A stretch of 32,000 bases of DNA, from contig NC_006055.1 of assembly GCF_000008305.1 (NCBI RefSeq), positions 150,001 through 182,000 of the forward strand. The letters are read 5' to 3'. Source of the stretch: Mesoplasma florum L1. GTDB taxonomy: Bacteria > Bacillota_I > Bacilli_A > Mycoplasmatales > Mycoplasmataceae. This document shows, one piece after another, positions 10,104 to 20,805 of the stretch; position 1 is the stretch's first letter, and each line of letters opens with the position of its first letter. The position numbers and the translations under genes were made by a program. Under the pieces are notes generated by a model, which did no database searches, was not told the DNA's origin, and was given only the letters and a program-made list of their open reading frames with translations.

Positions 10104-10469
10104 ATGGCTCGTATTAGTGGAGTAGAAATCCCAAACGAAAAAAGAGTTGTAATTTCATTAACATATATTTATGGTATTGGATTATCAACATCTCAAAAAG
10201 TTTTATCTAAATTAAACATCAGTGAAGATGTTCGTACAAGAGATTTAACTGAAGAACAAATTAAAGCAATTTCTACAGAAATTTCAAACTTCAAAGTTGA
10301 AGGGGAATTACGTAGAGAAGTATCATTAAACATTAAACGTTTAATGGAAATAGGATGTTACAGAGGATTAAGACACCGTAAAGGATTACCTGTAAGAGGG
10401 CAATCTTCAAAAACAAACGCAAGAACTGTTAAAGGTCCAAGAAAAACTGTAGCTAACAAGAAAAAATAG
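10104..10469 (+). CDS. rpsM: 30S ribosomal protein S13 (uS13)
   Basis: [39 protein letters not shown]... Confidence 0.96.
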   Translation: MARISGVEIPNEKRVVISLTYIYGIGLSTSQKVLSKLNISEDVRTRDLTEEQIKAISTEISNFKVEGELRREVSLNIKRLMEIGCYRGLRHRKGLPVRGQSSKTNARTVKGPRKTVANKKK

Positions 10470-10491
10470 AAGGTAGAAGGAGATTACAAAA

Positions 10492-10884
10492 ATGGCAAAA
10501 CCAAAAACAAATAATACAAAAAAACGTATTAAGAAAAATATCCCAAAAGGTATCGCTCATATTCACTCTACTTTTAACAATACAATTGTTACTATTAGTG
10601 ATGAAAAAGGAAACGTACTTTCTTGATCAAGTGCTGGAGCAATCGGGTTCAAAGGTTCTAAAAAATCTACACCTTATGCTGCGCAAATGATTTCAGAAGC
10701 AGCTGCTAAAGGTGCAATGGATCAAGGTGTTAAATCAGTTCAAGTTGAAGTAAAAGGTCCAGGTCCAGGTCGTGATGCTGCTGTTAGAGCATTAACAATC
10801 GTTGGAATGGAAGTAACTTCAATTAAGGATTGTACACCAATCCCTCATAATGGAGTTCGTCCTAAAAAACGTCCAAGAAAATAA
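10492..10884 (+). CDS. rpsK: 30S ribosomal protein S11 (uS11)
   Basis: [65 protein letters not shown]... joins the ORF-track fragment at 10687 across one TGA (130 aa). Confidence 0.95.
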
Positions 10885-10909
10885 TTATAGAACAAAGGAG
10901 TTTTAGCGA

Positions 10910-11863
10910 ATGAAACAATTTAATAAACCAGAATTCGGAATTGTAAAAGAATCACCAAATAAATTTTACGGTAAGTTTGAAGCAGCTCCTCTTGAAAGAG
11001 GATTTGCTGTAACTTTAGGTAATGCATTAAGAAGAACATTATTATCATCAACACCGGGAGCAAGTGTTTTCGCAATTAAAATTGCAGGAGCACAACACGA
11101 ATTTACTTCAATCTCAGGTATTGAAGAAAATGTAACTCGTATAGTTCTTAACGTTAAAAAATTAATTTTAAGAATTGATAGCGCGATTTACAATGACGAC
11201 GAAACTGTTGAACTAAAAGTAGGTACATCTACAATTGGTCCGGTTACTGCAGGAAGTTTAGTTTTACCAGCAGGAGTAGAGGTTTTAAATAAAGACCTAG
11301 TTATTGCAAACGTTGCTGAAGGTGGTAATTTAGATTTAGTATTATATGCTAAAAACTCAAGAGGTTACAAAACTTTCAAAGAAAATAAAGAATTAAAAGA
11401 TGTAGTACCAGGAATGATTACAATCGATTCAAACTACTCACCAATTATCAAAGTTGCTTATGGATCAACTCCAATCAACTTAGGTAAAGCGCAAGATTTT
11501 GAAAAATTAATCTTAGAAGTAGAAACAGATGGATCAATCTTAGCATCAGATGCTGTTTCATTAGCATCAAAAATTCTAATTTCACACTTTGATGTATTCA
11601 CTACTTTAGCTGAAGAAGTAGAAGAAGTTGCAATTATGGGTGTTGAAACTGTTGAAGAAAAAGAGTTAGACAAACCTGTTGAAGAATTAGAGTTTACTCA
11701 AAGAAGTTTAAACTGCTTAAAACGTGCTGGAATCAGTACATTAAGAGAATTAGTTTCTAAAACTGAAGATGAAATTCAAGATATTAGAAACTTAGGACGT
11801 AAGTCATTAAAAGAAATTAAAGATAAAGTTGCGGCTTTAGAATTAACATTCAAACAAAATTAA
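10910..11863 (+). CDS. rpoA: DNA-directed RNA polymerase subunit alpha
   Basis: 317 aa. N-terminal domain: ...LERGFAVTLGNALRRTLLSSTPGASV.... C-terminal domain: ...LEFTQRSLNCLKRAGISTLRELV...NLGRKSLKEIK... Confidence 0.96.
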   Translation: MKQFNKPEFGIVKESPNKFYGKFEAAPLERGFAVTLGNALRRTLLSSTPGASVFAIKIAGAQHEFTSISGIEENVTRIVLNVKKLILRIDSAIYNDDETVELKVGTSTIGPVTAGSLVLPAGVEVLNKDLVIANVAEGGNLDLVLYAKNSRGYKTFKENKELKDVVPGMITIDSNYSPIIKVAYGSTPINLGKAQDFEKLILEVETDGSILASDAVSLASKILISHFDVFTTLAEEVEEVAIMGVETVEEKELDKPVEELEFTQRSLNCLKRAGISTLRELVSKTEDEIQDIRNLGRKSLKEIKDKVAALELTFKQN

Positions 11864-11883
11864 GATTATAAGGAGGTAAATAT

Positions 11884-12243
11884 ATGTCATATATTCAAAA
11901 ACAAGGTAAGAATACTGCATGAAGAGTAGCTTTAATGCGTAACTTAACTAGTGAATTAATTGTTTCAGAACGTTTAGAAATTACTGAAACAAGAGCTAAA
12001 GAATTAAGAAAACATTTAGATAAAATGGTTACTTTAGCAAAGCGTGGCGATTTACACGCTAGACGTCAAGCTGCTTCATGATTAAGAAACATTGAAGCAA
12101 GTTCAAAAGAAGATGTTTTACAAAAATTATTTACAACTATCGCTAAAAAATATAAAGATAGAGACGGTGGTTACACACGTATCTTAAAATTAGATAACCG
12201 TAAAGGTGATAATGCACCAATGGTAATTATTGAATTAGTTTAG
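11884..12243 (+). CDS. rplQ: 50S ribosomal protein L17 (bL17)
   Basis: [69 protein letters not shown]...[25 protein letters not shown] (119 aa, two TGA = Trp). Confidence 0.94.
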
Positions 12244-12255
12244 TAATAAAAAAAT

Positions 12256-12281
12256 TAAGGTTAATATGCCTTATTTTTTTT
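12256..12281 (+). terminator. weak candidate intrinsic terminator after rplQ
   Basis: TAAGG-ttaatatg-CCTTA followed by T8. The stem is only 5 bp. Confidence 0.4.
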
Positions 12282-12344
12282 ATCTATTTTATCTATTTTA
12301 ATTTATAATTATTATAAACAAATTTTAAACAGGGGGATATCACC

Positions 12345-13565
12345 ATGGATTCATTGAAAAAATTCAAAACTACAAAATTGACTAGTCAAGATCTTAATGA
12401 CTTTAAGATTAAATTGCATGCCAAGTATATTGAAATGTTAGAAGCTAATAATAATTTCTTTAAATTTAAAGAAGCTGAAAAGCAAGGCAAAATTTCAAAG
12501 GAAGAATTAGTTGAATATAAAAACAAATCAATAAAAGCAAAGAAAGCTTTTAAAGCAATTTGCCAAGATAAGTCTTTTTCAGAAAATTTAAAGAACATTA
12601 CAAAAATTTATAACTCAACAACAAGAAAAAATAGTTCTGTTATTTTAGAACAAGCTAAAGAAGAATTAATTGAAGCTAAAAACTTAAAAAGAGAAGCCAG
12701 AGATTCTGTTAAAGATCATGGTAGAGGTGCTCAATTAACTAAACTTGATAAGGTTGCAATTAAAGTGGAAAACTTAAAATTTAAATATGCTCCTGATTTT
12801 CCTTATGCTTTAAATGACGTTAGTTTTGAAATTAATGATGGTGAATATGTTGCTGTTATTGGACACAATGGAAGTGGTAAGTCAACTCTTTCAAAAATGC
12901 TTATAGGTGTGCTTTCTGCTCAAGAAGGACACGTAAGTATATATGGTAATGTAGTTACTCAAGATAATTTAGATCAAGCACGTAAATTTTTAGGTATTGT
13001 TTTCCAAAACCCTGATAATCAATTTATAGGTTCTAGTGTAGAAGCTGATATTGCATTTGGATTAGAAAATAAACGTGTTAATCCAAAAGAAATGCAAAAA
13101 ATAATTTATGATTCAGCTAAAAAAGTTGGAATGGAAAATTTCTTAGATAAAGAACCATTAAACTTATCTGGTGGTCAAAAACAACGTGTGGCTATTGCTA
13201 GTGCGCTTGCTCTAAATCCAGATATATTAATTTTTGATGAAGCAACAAGTATGCTTGATCCAAAAGGAAATAGAGAAATTAAAGAAATAATGGTTGAACT
13301 TAGAGATAAAATGAAAAAAACAATTATTTCTATTACTCACGACATGGATGAAATTCTTAACGCAGATAAAGTTATAGTTATGAATGGTGGTCGTATGGTT
13401 AAAATTGGTAAACCAGAAGAAGTTCTTAAAGAAAAAGAATTTTTAAGATCAATTAAATTAGAAATACCATTTTTATCTTTAGTTGAAGAAGCCTTAGGCA
13501 ATGAAGGAATTAAAGTAAAACATAGTCAAAATATGGATGAGTTGGTGAAACAGTTATGCAAATAA
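12345..13565 (+). CDS. ecfA1: ECF transporter ATPase EcfA1 with ~135-aa N-terminal extension
   Basis: The C-terminal ~270 aa form an ABC ATPase, with GHNGSGKST (Walker A), [12 protein letters not shown] (signature), [12 protein letters not shown] (Walker B) and an ITHD H-loop. A strong AGGGGGA SD lies 8 nt before ATG 12345. It occupies the canonical position after rplQ. Confidence 0.9.
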
Positions 13566-14503
13566 ATAAAAAAGAAATCAAACAAAATCTAAAAAAATGA
13601 AATGAAGAAAAAAAATCTATTAAATCATTTTCATTTACTGGTGATATTATTTTAGATAATGTAAGCTATACATATTCAAAAAAGACTCCTTTTGAATTTA
13701 GAGCACTTGATAATGCAGATTTAACAATCTCTGATAAAAAGATAACTTGTGTTATTGGTACAACTGGTTCTGGGAAATCAACAATGATTCAATTAACTAA
13801 TGGATTATTAATTTCTGAAACAGGTCAAACAATTGTTGGAGATTATAAAATCCCAGCAGGGCTTAAAAAAATTAAGGAAGTTAAAGATTTAAGAAGAGAA
13901 GTTGGACTTGTATTTCAATTTCCAGAATATCAATTATTCCAAGATACAATTGAAAAAGATATAGCTTTTGGTCCTATTCATTTAGGTGCTGACAAAGAAG
14001 AAGTTTATAAAAAAATACCTGAACTATTAGATTTAGTTTCTTTACCAAGAGAATATGCTAAAAGATCACCTTTTGAATTATCAGGTGGACAAAAAAGAAG
14101 AACTGCTATTGCCGGAATTATTGCAATGGATGGTAAAACATTAGTTCTTGATGAACCAACAGGTGGATTAGACCCAAAAGGTGAAGAAGACTTCATGAAC
14201 TTATTTTTAAGATTAAATAAAAATCAAGGAAAAAGAATTATTATGGTTACTCATAATATGGATCAAGTTTTAAAAGTTGCTGACGAAGTAATAGTTATGC
14301 ATGAAGGAAAAGTTATTTCAAAAGGGTCACCATTTGAAATATTCTCTAACCAAGAATTATTATCAAAAATACAAATTGAACCACCAAAATTATACAAACT
14401 TATGTATAAACTAAAAGAAAAAGGAACAGATTTATTAAATAAAAATATTAGAACAATTGATGAATTTGCAAAAGCATTTAAAGAAGTAAGAAAGGGGAAA
14501 TAA
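13556..14503 (+). CDS. ecfA2: ECF transporter ATPase EcfA2
   Basis: [25 protein letters not shown]...GTTGSGKST (Walker A)...[12 protein letters not shown]...[11 protein letters not shown]...VTHN. It overlaps ecfA1 by 10 nt and has one in-frame TGA near the 5' end (315 aa). Confidence 0.9.
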
Positions 14504-14504
14504 T

Positions 14505-15503
14505 ATGAGAGTAACATTCGGTAGATATTTACCAAAAAATTCTATTATTCATGCAATGGATCCTAGATTTAAATTAGTAATGATCATTTTATTGATGGTA
14601 AGTATTTTCTTACCTATTGGTTTTACAGGTTACATTATATGTGCAGTTGTTATACTTACAATTTTTGCACTGTCTAAACTAAGCTTTAGAATGTTACTTG
14701 GATTATTACCACCTGTATTATTTGTCTTCTTTGTAATATTTTTAATGAATGCTTTTCTAACACACCCAGATTCAAGTATTTTAGAATATTTTTTAGCTAA
14801 GAATAATCAAGTTAGTGGAGTATGAGCAAACAAAATTTCTGGTGGAGCTGTTACTGGACAATTTTTAGTTAGTTCAAGCAATTTATCATCAATGCCTGAT
14901 GGATATCAAAATATAGGTTTATTTTATAAAATAGGACCTGTTTGATTCAGTGAGAAAGCTTTATATAATGCATTAATAATGACATTTAGAATTTATTTAA
15001 TGATTTCATTAACTTGTATACTTACAGCATCCACTTCACCATTACAATTAACATTGGCAATAGAAGATTTATTATACCCATTAAAATGAATTGGAATACC
15101 AGTTTACATTTTATCAATGATTATTTCTATTGCATTACGTATGATACCTACTTTAATTGATGAAGCAGGAAGAATTATGAAAGCTCAATCTTCAAGAGGA
15201 ATTGATGTTAAGAATGGTAAATTAAAAGATAAAGTTAAGGGTTTAACATCATTGATTATTCCGTTATTAGTATCAGCGTTCCAAAAAGCAGAAGACTTAT
15301 CTTATGCAATGGAAGCAAGAGGATATGATCCTTATTCAAAAAGAACAAGATACATACAATTTAAATTTAGAGCAATGGATTTAGTTCTATTATTATTTGC
15401 TTTTGCATTAATGTTATTTTTAATTCTGTATTCAGTTAATGTTTTAGGATTATGACACATTAGTTTCCCAAGACTTGACACAATTATTGGAATTAGAAAT
15501 TAA
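14505..15503 (+). CDS. ecfT: ECF transporter transmembrane subunit EcfT
   Basis: Same-frame fragments at 14505 and 15117 join across four TGA codons (332 aa). The protein is polytopic and hydrophobic. The conserved region ...ISIALRMIPTLIDEAGRIMKAQSSRG...AFQKAEDLSYAMEARGY matches the EcfT coupling-helix Ala-Arg-Gly motifs. Confidence 0.88.
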
Positions 15504-15512
15504 AATATAATA

Positions 15513-16268
15513 ATGTTTAAATTTTTAATAACTTTAGAATATGATGGTTCAGATTTTCATGGATGAATAGAACAGCCAAAAACTTCTACAATTCAAGGAG
15601 AACTTAATAAAGCTATTAATAGGGTAACTAAAAATGCAGTTTTTAAAACAATAGGAGCTAGTAAAACTGATACAGGAGTACATGCGATTGACCAAAAAGT
15701 TTTATTAGATTTAGGTTTTAATCCAAAACTTGATTTATTTAAAAAAGCAATAAATAAGGCTTTACCTGAAACTATTAAAGTTCGTTCAATAGAAGAAGTT
15801 AAACAAGACTTCAATATAAGAGATGTTTTGTATAAAGAATATTCTTATACTATAAATGATAAGGAATATAATATACTATCAAATAGGTTTGAACTTAATT
15901 GAGATTTTGAAGAAATAGATATTGATAAGCTACAAAATATATTTAATTTATTTATTGGTGAACATGAATTTAAATTATTTTCTGGATTAAATCATAAAGA
16001 GTTAGACAGTAACAAAATTACAACAATTAGAGAAATTGAATCTATTGATGTAAAAAGAGCACTTGATAAAGTTGTTATAACTTTTAAAGCCAAGGGATTT
16101 ATTAGATATCAAATAAGAATGATTGTGCAGTCAGCCCTTAATTGTTATTTAAATAAAAAAATAAGTGCAGATGAAATAAAAGAAAAACTACAAGGGAAGG
16201 GTAACAAACCGCCTTTCAATGCTCCTGCAAAGGGACTTAAATTAAACAAAATAGTTTTTAAATCATAA
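15513..16268 (+). CDS. truA: tRNA pseudouridine(38-40) synthase TruA
   Basis: MFKFLITLEYDGSDFHGWIEQP...GASKTDTGVHAIDQ (catalytic Asp motif)...GEHEFKLFS...FIRYQIRMIV... (251 aa, two TGA = Trp). The ecfT-truA order matches the Firmicute pattern. Confidence 0.9.
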
Positions 16269-16284
16269 AATAGTGTATTATTAT

Positions 16285-16438
16285 GTTAAGGGTGTTGTTA
16301 AAACAATATCACATAAGTAATGCACTGATAAAATAATCGTATGTTTTTGAATAAGCTTAGGCAAAGAAGGAAAACGATTTATTTATGAGTTCATCACAAC
16401 CGCACCCTCTAAAAAAGACACAATTGTGTCTTTTTTTT
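16285..16438 (+). ncRNA. candidate structured RNA, or structured 3' UTR of truA, ending in an intrinsic terminator; identity unknown
   Basis: Nested long-range pairings: AGGGTG (16289-94) with CACCCT (16403-08); CATAAGTAA (16312-20) with TTATTTATG (16379-87, one G-U pair); ATCGT...ACGAT (16336-40 with 16374-78). A terminator follows immediately. No convincing ORF or SD is present. Confidence 0.25.
16411..16438 (+). terminator. intrinsic terminator
   Basis: AAAAAAGACACAATTGTGTCTTTTTTTT: a perfect GACAC/GTGTC palindromic stem flanked by an A6 run and a T8 run. Confidence 0.8.
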
Positions 16439-16445
16439 CATTAAT

Positions 16446-16474
16446 TTGATAAAATTATATAAATACATTTTAAT
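16446..16474 (+). promoter_or_regulatory. candidate promoter for permease A operon
   Basis: TTGATA (16446-51), a 17-nt spacer, then TTTAAT (16469-74). An AAGGGAAGG SD at 16479-87 lies ahead of ATG 16496. Confidence 0.4.
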
Positions 16475-16495
16475 TCTAAAGGGAAGGTATTAATT

Positions 16496-19400
16496 ATGCA
16501 TTTTAAAAAAATTTATTTGATGTTAAAAAACTCATTTAAAAATGCGACTAAAAGTAAAACACAATTAATAGGTGTTACTGTTTTAGCTTTTTTACTGTCT
16601 TTAGTTTTAACATTAGTTGTTTCAATGAACGTTCGTGTTATTGAAAAATATAAAGAAATGAATGAAAATTCAAGAGTTCATGATGCTGTTATTGATTTAA
16701 ACCCTTATGATAAAGTAGCAACTGGGGAAAGTGAAGAAACTGAAGAAGCACCAAAGAACCTTGTTGCAGCTCAACAATACTGAATATATAAATTACAAGA
16801 GAAATATTTTGAAGAATCAAGTGACTTACAATTTGAGTGATCTAGAACAGAAGCTAGAGAATTTTCTCAAGTAAAACAAAATGGTAATGACTTAACAATT
16901 AAAGCAATTACTAAAACTTCTCAAGAAAATAATTTTAGTAACCAAGAAGTAGATAAATTAGTTATTTTTGAAGGTGAAGACATACAAACTCATCACCAAG
17001 TTGTAATTGATCCAAACTATGCAAAAAATAATGGTATTAAATTAGGCGATGTTATTAGAATACAAGCTGATAACTTAGGAAATTCTTTATTAGTTAGAGA
17101 TTCTGACAATAAACAAGTAGCTAGTGATATAAAAGAAATTGAAGCTACAGGAACTGAAATTGATGCAATTGATGGTAAATATAATATTTACTATTCAAAC
17201 TATCAGTGATTTCAAGTTGTAGGATTTGGTAGTTCAGCTGATTTTATGTCGCCAATCTTTAATGCGTCAACTACATTACCAAGCCGTAACAAAGAAGTAA
17301 TGATTTATGTTAACCCAACAGCATTTGGATTAAAGTACAATCAAGAATCAAATTTATATGAATATAACCTAAACCAAAATGGTAATTTAACAGTTTCTTC
17401 AAATGTAGAAATTGAATCGTTTTATTCAATTAAATTTAAAGACGCTAAAAAAGCTAAAAGTACAGGTTTAGAACAATTTGAAAGTGACTTGAAAGAATTA
17501 ATTAGAAGAAATTCAAATAATAAAATAGTTTATGGAAAAGAAGATTCAAGCTACAGATTTAGTAAAAGAATTCTTTTAATTCAAAAAACTATTCGAACTT
17601 ATAATATAGCAGCCTTTGTAATATTTATTTTAATTTTATTTGTATGTTTATATACAATATCACTTGTTACAAAAAAACAAATTGAAAAAGCCTCAAAACA
17701 ATTAGGTACATTAAAAGCATTAGGATATAGAAAACGTATACTTGTTTATAATTTTGTTATGTTACCTGTAATTGCCTCAACAATTGGTGGATTATTGGGA
17801 TATATTGTTTCAATAAGCGTTTCAAATACTCTAACTAATGAATTTGCCAGTTATTTCTCACTTAATTATTCAAAATTTGATTTTGATTGAATTACATTAG
17901 TATTAATGATTGGAGTTATGTGATTTATTTTATCAGCGATATCATTTGTCATAGCTACAATGTTAATGCGTAAATCATCATTAAGCTTAATTACTGCAAC
18001 TTTTAATCAAAAAGCTAGTGCATTTAAAGCTAAATTAAGAAGTATTCATTTTAGAAAATCATTTGGTTCAAAATTAAGAAAAGCTTTATTAGTAGATGCT
18101 TTTGGAAAAATGATGGCAATTGGTTTTGTAGTATTACTTTCATCAATGTTATTTACAGTTTCGTTTGCTGCTCCAGATATTTTAAAAAGAAATGAAAAAG
18201 CAACTTATACTGGTGTTAAATATAAACAAATAGTTGAATATGCTCAGCCAAGTTATAATAACCCCCTAACCTTCGCTAAAACATTTAACCCTTCAACTAA
18301 ACAAGATGAAATGGTTTACTCAAAAACAGCTGGTGGATGAACAAGTTTAGCTTTAAGAGACAATGGTGATTTTGATTATGATCAAATCATGACTGATTAC
18401 TTTAATAATGAAATAAGTGAGAAATACTATTCAATTTTTATTCAAAACTTATTTACTGCATCAAGTGATGATGAATATGCAATTCCAAACCTTATTGAAT
18501 TATCATTAGCAAATATGAAACTTTTAAATTTAGAAGGTTCAATATTTGATAGTAACTACTTCAGACAATTATCTAAATATGGTGTGCCTGCCGCAAGTAA
18601 TTCAGATATATTAGGAAAAATGATTTCCCCTATCATTTTAAAACAATGATTTGATTACCAAAATTTATTTAGTGAAATTAATTCAGCAAAAACAATGTAT
18701 GAAGCAGGAGCTGCGATGCAAACTTTCTATGCTAAATATTCTGAATCAATTGGTTTATCTATAAGCAATGATTTTAGAAGTGATTATGGTACTAAAAAAA
18801 TAAGCGATGAAGAATGAATTAAAATGAGTGAACATTCTAAAATAAATGTATTTAATTCATCAAATGGTAACTTAGCAAATATGTATCTATTAAATAATGA
18901 GGATATGTTAAAAACATTATTAAAAGCTGAAACAGGTAAAATTGAATATGAAAATCAAACAAATCAAAACAATAAATTTAAATTAACTAATTCAAATTAC
19001 ACAGGAATAGGTTCATTTAGAATTGCATCAGAACACAATACTGAAGAATCAACTAATGATTATTATTTAGGTCTAAACTTCGATAAAATGGCTGAAGAAA
19101 ATGATAAAGATAAAGCAATAGAAGCTATCACAGATATGTGAGAATGATTTACATTCTTATTCAATAATCGTGTTGATCAAGCAATTATTCAATCAGCTTT
19201 CTCAAGACCTCCGTATTCTGTTAAACAAACATTGATTAATGCATTTAAATCAAATGATAAAAATTACTCAATGGCTTTCAACTTAGTTTCATATGATCCT
19301 AGTCAAGAAGCTTTAGGAACAAAAATCCAAGCTGAAAAAGATGGTAAAAACTTTAAAATTTATGGAATCGATAATGATGATAGATTTTTAGATTTAAGAG

Positions 19401-20785
19401 ATTCTAACAATAATAATTTAATGGAAGAATTATTTAATTTTAAAGAAACAAATGGAATCGTTATTAATGAAACACTAGCTAAAACTTTAAATCTTAAAGA
19501 AGGTCAAGAAGTAGATTTCAATGTTATTCAAAACGAATTACAAGATGCATCAAAAGGTGAAATAGTTCCTTATAAATTAAATGATTGAGATACAAGCAGT
19601 TTATGAAACGGAACTGATGGATTTAAACAAAATTCAAGAACAAACAATTTAGGTTCAAATATATTAGTAACAAGACCTGATTTAGACGATAAAAATGCAA
19701 TTAACTTTATGACAAGCATTTCTAAACCAACTGAATATTACAATTCTGTATTAAACGGTGACACAATCATTGCTGATAAAACAACAAATACAAAATTTAA
19801 AATTGTTGGAATTCATGAAGGATATGGATCAGCTCAAGCATGAATAAAAAATGATGATGCAAAATCTATTCTTAAATATGATGAAGTTGAAAACTACTTG
19901 TGAAAAAATTTCTTTGCAAAACAATGAAATACACAGTTTGGATATTCAACACTTGATCAATTCAACAATAAAATAATTATTGAAGATAAAGATCAAGAAG
20001 AGTTAAAAATTTACAATAAAATTAAAGGTTTAGATTTAACAAAGAATGGTCTAGATGATTTAGATTTATTTAAAAACAAATTTATTGAACATCCACAAAA
20101 TAATGATGAAAAAGCGTTAGGTGAATTGATTCTTAAAATATTTGAAAATCAATATCCAGTTTTCAATTATAAGTATTCTAACAAAACTGATGTTGCTGAT
20201 TACAATACAGTTATGAGTGTTTCAACAGCATTTGGAGACTATTCTCCAACAGCGCTAAATGGAATGGAAGCTAAATTCAGTGCTACTCACGCAGCATTTG
20301 ATGGTAGTGGTATTGGAACTGTAGAATGAATATTACCTATTGATTTATCAAAAGATATGTTAGAAGAAATATCACAATTGATTTTATTATTAATTGCAAT
20401 AGCCATTGTCTTAATACTATCGTTAACATTTGTAATTATTTTACTAACAACATCAATTATTATTACTGACAACATAAGGTTTATTTCAACAATGAGGGTC
20501 TTAGGATATCATGATGCTTATGTTGTTAAAACAGTAATGGGAATGTATCTAATTGTTATATCAACAATGTTTGCTGTGGGATTTGCAGCAGGATGATTCA
20601 TTTTTGCAAAAGCTGTAAACATTATGTTATTAAGCGGAGTTGTTTTACCAATAGCATTCCCTATATGATTACCAATTGTAGTTTTCTTAGGAATTGTTGG
20701 TATTTATGCAATAGCAATTTTCGCAGGTTACAAACGAATAACAAAAACTAACTCTGTGCAAATTTTACAAAATGCAGACCTCTAA
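16496..20785 (+). CDS. giant double-FtsX-domain (MacB/type VII ABC-like) permease, 1429 aa ('permease A')
   Basis: Eight same-frame ORF-track fragments plus short pieces join across TGA with no TAA or TAG. Order of elements: N-terminal TM (LIGVTVLAFLLSLVLTLVV); extracytoplasmic domain with a MacB-like segment (VVIDPNYAKNNGIKLGDVIRIQ); a TM bundle with FtsX signature QLGTLKALGYRKR (~17700-17735); a second TM; a ~730-aa extracytoplasmic domain (IVINETLAKTLNLKEGQEV); and a C-terminal TM bundle with signature STMRVLGYHDAY (~20483-20520). Confidence 0.85.
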
Positions 20786-20805
20786 TTAGAAAGGGTATTT
20801 AAATT

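Noticed and set aside
12282-12299. Tandem ATCTATTTT x2 upstream of ecfA1.
   Set aside because: There are only two copies of an AT-rich 9-mer in an AT-rich intergenic region next to TATAAT (12304-09). This is probably ordinary promoter or UP-element-like sequence, and the evidence is too weak to call a regulatory repeat.
12345-14503. The idea that EcfA1 and EcfA2 are the missing ATPases for the FtsX-type permeases downstream.
   Set aside because: They sit in the canonical ecfA-ecfA'-ecfT-truA unit and have EcfT as their cognate partner. A terminator and promoter at 16411-16474 separate them from the permease genes. FtsX/MacB permeases use a different ATPase family (FtsE/LolD/MacB-type).
16285-16438. 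Assigning the intergenic structured element to a known RNA family: SRP/4.5S RNA, preQ1-I riboswitch (because of CACCCTCTAAAAAAG), purine riboswitch (because of a CATAA...TTATG P1-like helix), or 6S RNA.
   Set aside because: The SRP domain IV signature (GGAA tetraloop context plus AGCA) is absent. No local GAGGG partner exists for a preQ1 P1 stem. The purine-riboswitch loop and junction consensus (UAUGG / CCGUAAA-type) is missing. The element is too short for 6S RNA and has no clear central bubble. It is kept only as an unclassified candidate.
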